64,000 nucleotides of DNA from an uncultured Acidobacteriota bacterium (GCA_963827655.1 CAWHCF010000037.1:1-64000), one strand, 5' to 3'; counted from the stretch's first letter, positions 11,036 to 21,727 are shown. The notes: generated by a model from the letters alone, not told the origin. Program-made: numbers and translations.

Positions 11036-12782
11036 TTATCTGACGATTACTTGAACGTCTACAGGGATCCACCTCTCAGGGTCGGAAGCCCTGGAATCCC
11101 GAATCGCCTTGTAGTGATAGACCCCCCTCGGGGTCGATTTATCGACGAAAACGGTGGCGCTCCGATTTTCGTCGAGCGCCCAGCCGATCAAGGGAGGCAT
11201 CGGCCTGCCGTCGAGTGTGTAGAGGATATCCACTGCCGGAATGTCGTAGTTGACTACCCGGAGCATCAAGTAGTCTTTTCCGGCCTGAATTTCCCCCGAG
11301 CTGACTTCCAGCCGGGCGTTCGACCCGACAAGAGACTCGAACTGCCGTGCGAGAAATGGCTCGGGGTCACGCCGAAACTGGTCGGTGCTGTTTACAAAAT
11401 CGCCGCTCCAGTAAATGAAGCCGTAATAGTTTCGCAGGCCGCCGGTTTTCTTGAGAATCCGGATATGTTCGGGGTGCGAGTCGTCCAGACCGATCAGAAT
11501 AAACTTCTCCGTGGGAAAACCATAGGCCTTGAAAGCCGCGTCACTCTGCATGATGCCGAACTCATCCCGGCTAAAACCAAAGATACATGCGATTTTCCCC
11601 TCAGGTACCTGCCGCGCTACGGCCGGCATTTTTTCCAGGATACTACGACCGACAAAAGTGCGTTCGTTCCACCACTTCCCTTCAAGCCTGATGCTGTTGT
11701 GTGAAACCCACAGGATGAACACAACGATTCCCAACGACCAGATCCATCCTTGCCTGTCTGACTTTCCTGGCGGCGGAAGCGCTGACGCAATCAGCAGCGA
11801 GATCGCCGCCAGTGACGGAGCCAGGTAGTAAGGATATATATGCTGGGAGAAATAAAGCACGGGCTGCAAAGCCGCCACAAACCATATCAAGGAGAAGAGC
11901 GCAATGCGTTTGTCGCGCGCTAACCCGACCAGCGCCGCAAGCGCCGCGACGAACGCCGCCGCCGCCAGCAGGATAACTCCGCTCGAGATTCCATTGAAAC
12001 TTCATTTTGAGCAGGGTCTCGCTGAATCCTGCGGCCCACGAAAGATAGGCCATCAAGTTATTCCATGCTTCCCAGCCGAACGTGAGCGGGTAGGGAGAAG
12101 CTCGCACCAGCGGACTGGCGGCTCTCAGCGAGACGTACAACAGCGATATCGAAAAGTAGGGCAAAGTCCACACCAGCTTGCGGCGGGAGATGAGCAGGCA
12201 ATAGGCGGCCAGGACCAGAGGAAGACTGAGGATCGACTCTTTCGACAGGATACCCAATACCATGGCAGCCAGGCTGAAAACATAACACCGGCGGTCCCCT
12301 CCGCGGTCGAAGCGGATGAACAGTATCAGGGCTGCCAGATAAAACACCAAAGCCATCGGTTCCGGAAACGCGGAAATCCAATAGACCGAGGTGAAATGAG
12401 CGCTGTGTACGGCATAGAACAAAGTCCCCGTCAAACACGGGAGTGGTGATAAAAAATTCCGAAGCAGCGCGTACACCAGCGTCGCGCCCAGCAAATGGGC
12501 TATCAGGCTCGCGCCATGAAATCCCGCCGGCCACATGCCAAAGACTAGCTGTCCGAGCCAGAAGAAGGTCTCCTGCGTCAGAGGACGGTAGGTAAGAGCA
12601 GGATTGAACTGAAAAAAACAAGGAAGGTATTCCTTCAGGCTGCGAAACCGCGATGTCTCCAGCCAGCCGAAGTCATCCTGGACAAAAAACCCGCGCAAGC
12701 CTCCCGCGTAGACCGCCAGCGCCGCCCCCAGAACAATGAACAGGCCGGCCAACTCCATCAGTTTCGTATTCCTTTGCGTCAT
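11036..12782 (-). CDS. GT-C / PMT-like membrane glycosyltransferase (one frameshift near 11960)
   Basis: FVQDDF, YRPL, FYAVH and LSKES motifs; ~10 TM helices; soluble C-terminal domain. Confidence 0.75.
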
Positions 12783-12822
12783 CGCGACTCTTGTAGAAGC
12801 GGCCTAACCGCTTCAATCCTGT

Positions 12823-13995
12823 TCACCGCAACGACGCCCGGAATCTGCGCCACTGATATCTTAACCAAAGGAAGGGGTGGTTCAGCTGCCTGGTCAGGTC
12901 TGCGATCTCGACAACGCGCTGCTCGATGTGAGCCTGCAATCGGGCGACGTGTTCTCGCTGCGCATTCACCTCCTGATCCAGATCGAGAGCCCAAAGGCCG
13001 CGGCGATCAAATTCACGCCGCATCTCCTCCATCTCCTGCTGGAGTCTGGCTACCGTTTCTCTTTGCCCGGTTACCTCCCGGTTCAACTCCTGCGCCCAGC
13101 GGCTTCGCTCTTCGACTAATTCCCTCAAGCGCTCGGGCCTGGTTTCAGGAAAGCGCTCCCACTGCAACTGCACGGTCCGCTCCAGATCATCGAGGCGTTC
13201 GATGACCAGGCTCGAAGGATGGCAGTTCCGCACCCCGCAGACAGCACAGGTCCATGGCTCGGTTCCCGAGTTCGCGCCGGCGCCGCCCGGCCCGATCGCC
13301 GTTTCGTCCGGCGAGCCGCATGCGTAACAACACCGGAGGTGCTCGCGGAAACCGGGGCCGGCTGACGCGAATTTCCGTAGCACGAACACGTAGCCGCTTC
13401 GGCTGTGGGCGTCGAGCCCCACGGTCCGTTTCAGGGCATCGACAATGGCCCAGGTCAAATGGCGCAGTTCCTCGCTCTCTCCAAGGAAAGTGAAACCTGC
13501 CGGCAGCTCGAGATAAGAGACCAGCTTCAACGAGGTATTCTCATACACGTGGCGCAGGAACCATTCGAAGGAGGGCCGTTGAAGGTGGCCGCCACCGGAG
13601 TAGAGATTGCGATAGAGCTGATCCTCGAAGCTTCCGGCGTTGGGCATCGAAATCCAGACGCAGCCGCCATCGCGGGTCACCCGTTCGACCTCGCGCAGCG
13701 CCGCGACCGCATCAGGGAAATGCTCGAAGGCGAAATTGACGATTGCGAGATGGAAAGCGCCGTCGCGCGCCGGAATCGCGGATGCAACTCCCTGGATGAA
13801 TCGCGCGTTGGGAGTGAAATCCCTCACCTTTTCATCAATTCTCTCATCGATCGCGCGAATCTGCACCTCCGGGAACTGAGCATAATTGAAAGTTCCGCCG
13901 CCGCACCCGAGGTCGAGAACTGTTGCGCCTGCCGGGAGCGCTCCCATCAGTTCTCCGAGCGTGAGCGGGCTCTTGGAAGGAGATTCCTTGATCAT
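12823..13995 (-). CDS. SAM-dependent methyltransferase with Cys4 motif and C-terminal coiled coil
   Basis: VLDLGCGGG; FEHFPD..AALREV.RV; CYAC..CAVC; heptad-rich E/R/Q tail. Confidence 0.8.
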   Translation of the reverse strand: MIKESPSKSPLTLGELMGALPAGATVLDLGCGGGTFNYAQFPEVQIRAIDERIDEKVRDFTPNARFIQGVASAIPARDGAFHLAIVNFAFEHFPDAVAALREVERVTRDGGCVWISMPNAGSFEDQLYRNLYSGGGHLQRPSFEWFLRHVYENTSLKLVSYLELPAGFTFLGESEELRHLTWAIVDALKRTVGLDAHSRSGYVFVLRKFASAGPGFREHLRCCYACGSPDETAIGPGGAGANSGTEPWTCAVCGVRNCHPSSLVIERLDDLERTVQLQWERFPETRPERLRELVEERSRWAQELNREVTGQRETVARLQQEMEEMRREFDRRGLWALDLDQEVNAQREHVARLQAHIEQRVVEIADLTRQLNHPFLWLRYQWRRFRASLR

Positions 13996-13996
13996 C

Positions 13997-14066
13997 GTTT
14001 GCGTCCTCGCGTCTTGGCGGTTAACTTCGCCAGGGGCTTTTACCACGAAGACACGAAGACGCAAAG
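13997..14066. repeat. REP-like inverted pair, 9-mer family
   Basis: TTTGCGTCCTCGCGTCTTGGCGGTT ... ACCACGAAGACACGAAGACGCAAAG. Confidence 0.8.
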
Positions 14067-14071
14067 GCTTG

Positions 14072-15061
14072 CTAAGAAAGGAGAGTCCTTGCCAGGCGCA
14101 CATAAAGTTCCACGCCTTCGAGGAGTTCCTGCTTGGAAATCCGTTCGTGGTCGGTGTGGGCATTGAGGATCGAACCCGGGCCGAGGAGGAACGGTTTACC
14201 CCATTCGGTTAGAAACGGCGCGTCACTCGCGAAGGAAACGACCGTCGTTTCGAACCCCTCCATCGCCTGCATGATGAATGGCGGAACCTCAAAAAGATAG
14301 CGGCTGTCGGCACGCCCGGCAATAAGGATTTCCAGACGCTCCTTCAACAACTCGATCGGTTCAACCGAACGGAACATCAGCTCTGCCCGCGCGGAGTCGG
14401 GAATGATGTTCGCTTTGGTTCCTCCTTCCAGAACGCCGATGTTGCAGGTGCTCTCTCCCAGGATGGGGTCGTGGGGAAGCGCCATTGCGCGAATCTCCTC
14501 GAGCAGATCCAGGAGCTTGAGGATGGCTGATTCACCCATTTGAGGATAAGCCGAATGGGCCGCCTTGCCGCGCGCGCTTATTTCGACGCGCAGGGAACCC
14601 TTCGAGCCCAGGGCCAGATGATTGTCCGTGGGCTCGCCGTCGATCAAGAAACGAGAACCGGGAGGAATCTTGCTTGCCGCCAGAGCCCCGACGCTGTCTC
14701 GCTCTTCGCCCACGACAAAGAGAAGTCCCACGCGGCTCGCTCCGCTCGCCCGCAAATTCTCGGCTGCCTCAATCTGCGCCGCCACAATGCCCTTGGCATC
14801 ACAGGCGCCCCTACCGTAGAGGTATTCCTCGTCTTCGGCGACCGGAAGATAGGGAGGCACGGTATCGATATGAGTGCTGAAAACGAGCTCAGGCTTGCCG
14901 GCAAAAGCGATCACATTGAAGCGATTGGGAGCCGCCTCCTGCAGCGACACGTCATATTTCAGGCCCGAAAGGTAATCCCTCAGAAAGTATCCGGCGGCAG
15001 CTTCGTTCCCCGTGATCGACTCGATCTCCATCAGCCGACGCGTCAGTTCGAATATGTGCAT
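14072..15061 (-). CDS. M20 family metallopeptidase (ArgE/DapE-like)
   Basis: STHIDTVPP, GRGACDAKG, VGEE, GEPT, GKAAHS and AHT..E motifs. Confidence 0.9.
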   Translation of the reverse strand: MHIFELTRRLMEIESITGNEAAAGYFLRDYLSGLKYDVSLQEAAPNRFNVIAFAGKPELVFSTHIDTVPPYLPVAEDEEYLYGRGACDAKGIVAAQIEAAENLRASGASRVGLLFVVGEERDSVGALAASKIPPGSRFLIDGEPTDNHLALGSKGSLRVEISARGKAAHSAYPQMGESAILKLLDLLEEIRAMALPHDPILGESTCNIGVLEGGTKANIIPDSARAELMFRSVEPIELLKERLEILIAGRADSRYLFEVPPFIMQAMEGFETTVVSFASDAPFLTEWGKPFLLGPGSILNAHTDHERISKQELLEGVELYVRLARTLLS

Positions 15062-15098
15062 AGGCCCTGAGCAAAGCTCACCGCGAAGACGCGAAGGG

Positions 15099-15596
15099 TC
15101 AGCCGGTGCGAAGACCAGCGGCGGCCCGCAGTTTCTCGGTCTCTTGCTCGGACATGCCCCTTACGACAATGAGAATTTCATCGTCCGAGAGCGTGTCCGT
15201 GAACCCGGTGGCATCCCTGGGCTGCTTGCGCAGGAGCTTCCCTTCCCAAAGCATCCCCGCCAGGGTAAACAGAATCGCGATCAACATCATCATCTCGTAC
15301 GTGACGATACCCACGGGAAGCGGCGAAACGATGGGCATGCCGCCCGTATTGATCGGATAGAGACGGGCGGTCACCGCCGCCAGCCCGTACCCCGCTGCAA
15401 TTCCCAGCCCGGCGCCCGATATCACAAAAACCGGAAGGCGTGACTTGCCTGAGATGGCCGCGCCGACATCATGGATCGGCTCGGCAGAGAGCACCTCGAT
15501 ATTTTTCGGCGGGATCGCGCGGCTCAGCAAGAATGAAACCACGCGTCTGGCTTCATCGAGTGTCGCACATCGAATACGCAGCCCGGGAGGGCTCAT
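15099..15596 (-). CDS. actD: ActD-like (DUF3341) subunit
   Basis: Two TM helices; YPINTGGMP and IVTYEM motifs; overlaps the actC stop. Confidence 0.75.
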   Translation of the reverse strand: MSPPGLRIRCATLDEARRVVSFLLSRAIPPKNIEVLSAEPIHDVGAAISGKSRLPVFVISGAGLGIAAGYGLAAVTARLYPINTGGMPIVSPLPVGIVTYEMMMLIAILFTLAGMLWEGKLLRKQPRDATGFTDTLSDDEILIVVRGMSEQETEKLRAAAGLRTG

Positions 15597-16963
15597 GTTT
15601 CTAACCTTCCAGAGGCGGGCAAGTCGGCAACCGGAAGCGTGCCGGTCACCGTGTGGCTCCGCGCGTGGTATCCCTCTTTCAACTCCCACATGGAGATGAT
15701 GGGGAACAACTTGGTGAAAAATACATAGAGAAGGCCAAAGTAAGCAAAGGTTCCGATCGTAATGGTGACTTCGACCCAGCGCGGCGTGTAGCCTCCGCGC
15801 ACAAAGGGGAGCCGAGGATTGGCAAGAGTCGGGACGATAATCAGAAATCTCTCCAGCCACATTCCGATCACGATGGTCAGCGAGGCAAGCGCGACCCCGG
15901 GTATGGTGCGCAAACGGCGAATGCCGAGGAAAATCATCGGCACCACGAAACAGCCGGCAATCATGCTCCAGAAGAGCGGCGCGTATCGACCGCTGACTTT
16001 GGACCAGAACACGACCAGTTCGTGAGGCTCGTTGTTGTACCAGACGGTCAGGTACTCCGCAAAGGTAAAGTAGAACCAGAGGCAGCTCATGGTCAGCAGC
16101 AGCTTGCCGAGATTATCGAAATGCAAAGGTTCGAGATACGCCTCGAGCCGCAGGACCCTCCGCAGCACCGCCATCGCCAGGATCAGCGCCGCGATTCCGG
16201 AGAAGATCGCCCCCACCACGAAGTAGGGTCCGAAGATCGTGCTCTTCCACATGGGATTCAGAGTCATGGCGAAATCCCACGACACGATGGTGTGAACCGA
16301 TATCGCCACCGGCACGATGATAACCGCCATGATCGCAATCGCGCGCTCCAGCCGGTCCCATTGGGTCGCAGTCCCGCGCCAGCCCAGGGATAGCACGGCG
16401 TAAATCCGGCGGCGCAGTCCCTGCGAGCGGTCGCGAATCGTCGCCAGGTCGGGCACCATCGGCAAGTAAAGGTAGGTCAAGCTTCCGACCAGATATGTGT
16501 TGATGGCCATGAAATCCCACATGAGCGGCGAACGGAAGTTAGGCCAGATCATCCGCTCACTCGGGTAGGGGACCAGCCAGTAGAAGAGCCAGGGACGACC
16601 GAGGTGAACAATGGGAAACATCGATCCGATGAGGAGCGCAAAGACTGTAATGGCCTCGGCGCAGCGCGTGATGGGACGGCGCCAGGTGGCCTTCGTGAGG
16701 CGTAAGATGGCCGAGATCAGGGTCCCGGCATGGCTGATGCCGATCCAGAAGACAAAGTTGGTGATGTAGAGGTTCCACATCACCGGCCAGTTTTTGCCGG
16801 TCACACCGATCCCTTGATAAACCTGGTATGCGAACGTGAGGATCGCTGCGGCGAGGATTGATCCCAGGATCAGAACCGCGGCGTAAAAGCGCCACGTCGT
16901 GTCTAAAATCGGGCGCAGCAGATCTTCGTTGATCTGCTTATTTGACGGAGGTAGCCGCTCCAT
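15593..16963 (-). CDS. actC: NrfD-family quinol-binding subunit, ActC type
   Basis: YITNFVFWIGISHAGTLISAIL, HLGRPW, NFRSPL.WD and SVHTIVSWDFA motifs. Confidence 0.9.
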   Translation of the reverse strand: MERLPPSNKQINEDLLRPILDTTWRFYAAVLILGSILAAAILTFAYQVYQGIGVTGKNWPVMWNLYITNFVFWIGISHAGTLISAILRLTKATWRRPITRCAEAITVFALLIGSMFPIVHLGRPWLFYWLVPYPSERMIWPNFRSPLMWDFMAINTYLVGSLTYLYLPMVPDLATIRDRSQGLRRRIYAVLSLGWRGTATQWDRLERAIAIMAVIIVPVAISVHTIVSWDFAMTLNPMWKSTIFGPYFVVGAIFSGIAALILAMAVLRRVLRLEAYLEPLHFDNLGKLLLTMSCLWFYFTFAEYLTVWYNNEPHELVVFWSKVSGRYAPLFWSMIAGCFVVPMIFLGIRRLRTIPGVALASLTIVIGMWLERFLIIVPTLANPRLPFVRGGYTPRWVEVTITIGTFAYFGLLYVFFTKLFPIISMWELKEGYHARSHTVTGTLPVADLPASGRLET

Positions 16964-17684
16964 TTTTTCCCTTGGGGACGCTCAGACTTGTGTCGTCGTC
17001 CCACGAGTCGTTCTTGAGGTAAACCACGCGCGGTTGGGTTCCCAGCTCTTCCAGCAATCCAAAGTGCCGCTTGCTCCGGCTGAGGCGCGAAACCCGGCTG
17101 TCGGGATCGCTTCGATCGCCGAAAACGATAGCCTCGGTCGGACACGCCTGCGCGCAGGCCGGTTGCACCTCGCCGTCTCGAACGGGCCGTTTCTCATCCT
17201 TGGCGGTTCCCTGCGCCCGCTGGACACGCTGCACGCAAAAGGTGCATTTCTCCATGACCCCGCCTTCACGAATCGAAACGTCGGGATTGAGCTGATGGCC
17301 GAGAGGCTCATCCCACCGGGGAGCAAAGAAGTTGAAGGAACGAACCGTGTACGGGCAGTTATTGGCGCAATACCGCGTTCCCACGCAGCGGTTGTAAACC
17401 TGAACGTTCAATCCTTCAGGATTGTGATACGTAGCATAGACCGGGCAAACCGGCTCGCAGGGAGCATTATCGCAGTGCTGGCAGAGGACGGGCATGAACC
17501 GCGCCTTTACATCCGGGAACTCGCCTTCCAGGTACCGTTCGACGCGAATCCAGCTCTGATATCTTGCCCTGGCACATTCGTCTTCGCCTCGCGTCGGTAC
17601 ATTATTTTCGGCCCGGCATGCCACGACGCAGGCTTCGCAGCCTGTGCAACGATCGAGATCGATCACCATCGCCCATTGAGACAT
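16938..17684 (-). CDS. Fe-S electron transfer subunit (ActB2/NrfC-like)
   Basis: CTGCEACVVAC, CQHCDNAPCEPVCP, CVGTRYCANNCPY and EKCTFCVQR..CAQACP. Confidence 0.9.
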   Translation of the reverse strand: MSQWAMVIDLDRCTGCEACVVACRAENNVPTRGEDECARARYQSWIRVERYLEGEFPDVKARFMPVLCQHCDNAPCEPVCPVYATYHNPEGLNVQVYNRCVGTRYCANNCPYTVRSFNFFAPRWDEPLGHQLNPDVSIREGGVMEKCTFCVQRVQRAQGTAKDEKRPVRDGEVQPACAQACPTEAIVFGDRSDPDSRVSRLSRSKRHFGLLEELGTQPRVVYLKNDSWDDDTSLSVPKGKNGAATSVK

Positions 17685-17726
17685 TAAGACTCTCCTCTCA
17701 CTGCCAGGGTTCAAAGATGCCGGGGC

Positions 17727-20012
17727 TCAGCGATGTAATTCCTCGGCCGAATGCTCCCGGTCGTGACCAATCCTGACCACGCTGGCTCTTTCCCCGGTCT
17801 TCGAGATTCTCACTCGCGTAGCCGCCCAGGCCGGTTCGCCCGTCCCCTGCACCAGGCCGGGAGACAGGATTTTCCAGGGATTGGCGCCCCGGCCGGCCGC
17901 ATATCTTCCGTAGAACCTGTGTCCCTGCCCGAAAGGCATGCTGACCACACCGGGGCGGGCTGCCGGACTCAGCAGCGCGGGCACATTGGTTTTTCCTGAA
18001 GCGGATTCAACCGAGACCACGTCGCTGTCTTCGATGCCCAATTCGGCCGCGGTCCGCGGATTGATCTCCACCCAGGAACCCCACACCACGGAGGTCATCG
18101 GATCGGGAAGCTCCTGCATCCAGGGTAGGTTGGCGCCGATCCCGGTTCCGAGCGCGGTGCTTTCGAAAGGCTGGAGTGAAAAGGGGTATTGTGCGGCGTC
18201 GCGGGCCCGCGGGTCGGGAGGCTGCAGGTCTTTGAAAAACGTGAGATCTGCGGAGGGAACGGGCCCCGTGGCCGGCTCCTCCGTCCACACGCCGGCATCC
18301 AGAAGCCTGGTCCAAAACCCGTCCAGATCGTCTTCCGCGAAACTCCCGTGTTTCAGGACACCTTCCTCGTTGAGCCGTCTCTTGAGAAACTCGCGGAAAT
18401 CGGCGTACGGCAGCGCCTGCTGAACCCTTCCGCCCAGCCGCTTCGCCAGCGCGAGCAGCACGTCGGCGCGGTCGCGCGCTTCATACAGTGGCCTCACGAC
18501 CGGCTGCGCAATCGAGAGCGTGCGCAAACCGGAAGTGAGTTCGGGCTTCACGACATCCCAGTGTTCCAGAAACGTCTGGTCGGGAAGAATCAGATCGGCC
18601 TGCGCGGAGGAATCGTCCATGAACGTGCTGAAGGCCACCACGAAAGGAATCCTGGCCAACGCGTTCTCCAGGCCAGTCGCAGCAGGCGTGTGGTGCAGCA
18701 GGTCTGACTGCCAGAGAATCAACAGCTGAATCGAACTCGCAGTCGAAACCAATTCCTCGACCCAGGACTTCCCTGCCGCCGCTGGAGCCTCTGGTTTTCT
18801 TGAAGACGGCGTCCACGAGATTCCTCCCGGGCGGCCGACGCTGCCGGCGAGGGCGTTGAGACTATGCGCCGCGGCCGCTGTGAAGATTCCGTGCGAGTGA
18901 GCCGTCGCGGCTCCGCCGGCGAGCGCGAATCCGGGCTGGTGGCCGGCAAACTCTCGGGCTATGCGAGTGATGTCTCGGGCGGAAACTCCTGCAACTTCCG
19001 CAATCTTCTCGGGGGCGTAGTTCTCCAGCACCCAGGAACGGAACAGCTCGAAGCCCTTGGTAGAGGATCGAACAAACTCCTTGTCGTACAGTTCTTCCTG
19101 GAGCAGGACATGAGCCATCGCCAGCGCCACGCCGGCTTCTGTTCCCGGACGGGATGGGAGCCATTCATCCGCGTTCGCAGCCGTGAGAGAAAACCTGCTC
19201 TCAACCTGTACGAATTTGCCGCGCTGTCCCGGACGCCCCTGGCGAAAATGCCCGAGACCCCTGCCGTACCGAACCGGCGAGGTATGAGTATCCACAAAGT
19301 TTGCGCCGAAGGAGAGGACATACCTGGCATTTTCAATGTCGTGGACTTCGAGTTCCGGGCGTGCGAAGACGCGACGGTTCGCTTCTTTCAGCACTCTCCA
19401 TCCCAGAGGTTCCTCGACGTAACAACGGACGGAGCCCGCCCCGGCCATGAACTCGCGCAGCAGATCCTGCCGCGCGGGCGAGCCGGTCCCGCTGATGGCG
19501 GTAATCATCGATTCCGACCCCGAGGAAAGCAGCGGCTTCAATTTGCTCTCCAGGAGCGCGAGAGCTTCGTCCCATGAGATCGGCGTGTATTGAGCTGACC
19601 CACGCGCGCCGGCGAGTTTCAAGGGAGTCTGAATCCGGTCGGGATTGTACAAGACCTGGGGCCCCGACTGACCGCGGGCGCACAATCTTCCCTGATTGAT
19701 GGGGTGGGCTGGATTGCCCTCGATCTTCTTCACCTGGGCTACCATCTGGCGAAATTCGCGCCCGTCGTGCCGGACCCTCGCTTCTCCCAGCATGGAACGG
19801 ACCAGAATGCCGCAGCCCGCCGGGCAAATGGCGCAGGTGCTTGGAGTCCATCGATCTACGCCCGGAAGTATGCGTTCCTCGGAAACCAGCAGAGGAATCA
19901 GTTTCTCCTCGTGCCCACCGCAGCCGCTTAAAGTTACCGCAGCGCCAGCGCTGGCCGCGCCCGACCTGATGAATTCGCGCCGGTTCATTATCGGTTTTCC
20001 TTCGTCACTCAT
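17727..20012 (-). CDS. Molybdopterin-oxidoreductase-fold subunit (ActB1/QrcB-like), Tat lipoprotein
   Basis: NRREFI Tat motif and LSGC lipobox; CAICPAGC..EGNP.HP.N.G.LCARGQ; WMQELPDPMT. Confidence 0.88.
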   Translation of the reverse strand: MSDEGKPIMNRREFIRSGAASAGAAVTLSGCGGHEEKLIPLLVSEERILPGVDRWTPSTCAICPAGCGILVRSMLGEARVRHDGREFRQMVAQVKKIEGNPAHPINQGRLCARGQSGPQVLYNPDRIQTPLKLAGARGSAQYTPISWDEALALLESKLKPLLSSGSESMITAISGTGSPARQDLLREFMAGAGSVRCYVEEPLGWRVLKEANRRVFARPELEVHDIENARYVLSFGANFVDTHTSPVRYGRGLGHFRQGRPGQRGKFVQVESRFSLTAANADEWLPSRPGTEAGVALAMAHVLLQEELYDKEFVRSSTKGFELFRSWVLENYAPEKIAEVAGVSARDITRIAREFAGHQPGFALAGGAATAHSHGIFTAAAAHSLNALAGSVGRPGGISWTPSSRKPEAPAAAGKSWVEELVSTASSIQLLILWQSDLLHHTPAATGLENALARIPFVVAFSTFMDDSSAQADLILPDQTFLEHWDVVKPELTSGLRTLSIAQPVVRPLYEARDRADVLLALAKRLGGRVQQALPYADFREFLKRRLNEEGVLKHGSFAEDDLDGFWTRLLDAGVWTEEPATGPVPSADLTFFKDLQPPDPRARDAAQYPFSLQPFESTALGTGIGANLPWMQELPDPMTSVVWGSWVEINPRTAAELGIEDSDVVSVESASGKTNVPALLSPAARPGVVSMPFGQGHRFYGRYAAGRGANPWKILSPGLVQGTGEPAWAATRVRISKTGERASVVRIGHDREHSAEELHR

Positions 20013-20060
20013 CGCAGAACCTTGTTCCCCCGTCGCTTGCAGAACGAGGGCGACGTCCCC

Positions 20061-20594
20061 TCACCGATGGCAGGTCGAGCAATCGCCAGCGAGCTGTTCC
20101 ATGCGAAAACTCGAGCGTTTCTCCAGGTGACAATTCACACAGAAACCCATCGTGAGCTTGACTTCCTTGTGCAAAGCATCTCGCGTTCCCACCTGGCCAT
20201 GACAGGTGGCACACGGCACTCCGGCCGCCGCATGGCGATGATGGTTGAAAAATACGTCGGCCTCCGGCGGCAGCGCATAGATCCGCTGCCAGGGGATCTC
20301 TTCCTTACGATCAAGGTATTGCTTGACTTTGAGAACCTCGGGGCTGTCGGCCTTCACCGCAGAATGACAGCTCATGCACAGCGCGACGCTGGGAATGACG
20401 GCCTGAGCGTTCTTCTCCGCCCCGAAGTGGCAGAAGGTGCAGGCCAGTTTCTTTTCAACATGTTGCCGATGGCTGAAGGCGATCGGTTGGCTGGCAGGAC
20501 TTTCCTGCGCGCAGGATGAGAGGGGAAGGGACAAAACCCCCAGAGCGCCAGCGATCAGAGTCAGTCGAAGGAGCCTACGCCATCTAGTTCGCAT
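20061..20594 (-). CDS. actA: Pentaheme cytochrome c (ActA-like)
   Basis: Five CxxCH motifs (CTFCH, CMSCH, CATCH, CVNCH, CSTCH); QPIAFSH..H and MGFCVNCH. Confidence 0.85.
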   Translation of the reverse strand: MRTRWRRLLRLTLIAGALGVLSLPLSSCAQESPASQPIAFSHRQHVEKKLACTFCHFGAEKNAQAVIPSVALCMSCHSAVKADSPEVLKVKQYLDRKEEIPWQRIYALPPEADVFFNHHRHAAAGVPCATCHGQVGTRDALHKEVKLTMGFCVNCHLEKRSSFRMEQLAGDCSTCHR

Positions 20595-20733
20595 CAGATC
20601 GTAATCGGCGCCAGGGAACAGGGAGAATATCCAAATTCACGCGACGAGGCAAACTTAATCTTCGGCCCCCTTGCGTCTTGGCGCCCTTCGCGGTTGTGGT
20701 GTCCTGGCGAGTCTCGTGGATCCGAAACGGAGC

Positions 20734-20762
20734 TTGACGCATTTCGGGCGAGTTCGTATCAT
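20734..20762 (+). promoter_or_regulatory. Sigma70-type promoter for the cupredoxin-ctaA-ctaB operon
   Basis: TTGACG-N17-TATCAT about 85 bp upstream of a GGAGG RBS and GTG start. Confidence 0.65.
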
Positions 20763-20847
20763 GAAAAGCTATTTTAAGCGTTGCGTCCAATTGAGAAATA
20801 CGCAGCTTTCGTAAAATTCCACTACTTTCGTTTTCCAGGAGGTTTCA

Positions 20848-21628
20848 GTGAAGAATTCAAGACTACTGGTATTGGTGGCGTGTCTCGCGCTTGCATTGGC
20901 AGCCGCCTGCGGCAAGAAGGAAGAAGCCCGCGCCGTCGGCCGAGCCGGCCGCAGGCGCTGCGCCGGCCGCCGCTTTCGACCCCGCAACAGGCACCGCGAA
21001 TGTAAATGGAAAGGTGACGCTCGAGGGAACTGCTCCGGCGCCGGCCTTGATCAAGATGAACGCGGATCCTAACTGCATCGCGCTCCACAAGGAGCCGGTA
21101 CGCACTCAAGAGGTTGTGGCGGAAGGCGGGAATCTTCAGAACGTATTCGTCTATGTGAAAGAAGGCATGGAGAAATACACCTTCACTCCGCCGTCGGAAG
21201 CCGCCTCTATTGACCAGCAAGGTTGCCAGTACACGCCTCATGTCGGCGGAATGATGGTGAATCAAAAACTCAAAATCATAAACAGCGATCCGACTCTGCA
21301 TAACATTCACTGCTGGGCCGAGAAAAACGCCCAGTTCAATATCGGCCAGCCTGTAAAGGGAATGGTGACTGAGAAGACCTTTACCGCCCCGGAAGTCATG
21401 GTTCCCTTCAGGTGCGACGTGCACAAGTGGATGTCCACCTACCTCGGCGTCCTGCCTCATCCGTATTTCAGTGTGACCGGGGCCGACGGCGCCTACAGTC
21501 TGAAGAACCTTCCGCCGGGCGAGTATGTCATCGAAGCCTGGCACGAGAAGCTTGGCACCAAGACCCAGAAGGTGACGGTGGGCGACAAGGAAACCAAGGA
21601 AGTCGCGTTCAGCTTCTCGGCTAGCTAA
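20848..21628 (+). CDS. Lipoprotein with cupredoxin-like and carboxypeptidase-regulatory-like domains (frameshift near 20930)
   Basis: LAAAC lipobox; DQQGCQYTPHV, LHNIH and CDVHKWM; LPPGEYVIEAWHE. Confidence 0.75.
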
Positions 21629-21727
21629 CCTTCGCATGCTTGTTCGCGTCTTTGCGTCTCAGGGTACGGATTGTCTTACCCGCTCACCGCCAAGACGCGA
21701 AGCTACCGCCTTCGGGGTCGGTCTCCG

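Noticed and set aside
17727-20012. Catalytic formate dehydrogenase, nitrate reductase or polysulfide reductase
   Set aside because: No recognisable Mo-ligand motif, and the ActA/ActC/ActD context points to an ACIII/Qrc-type subunit
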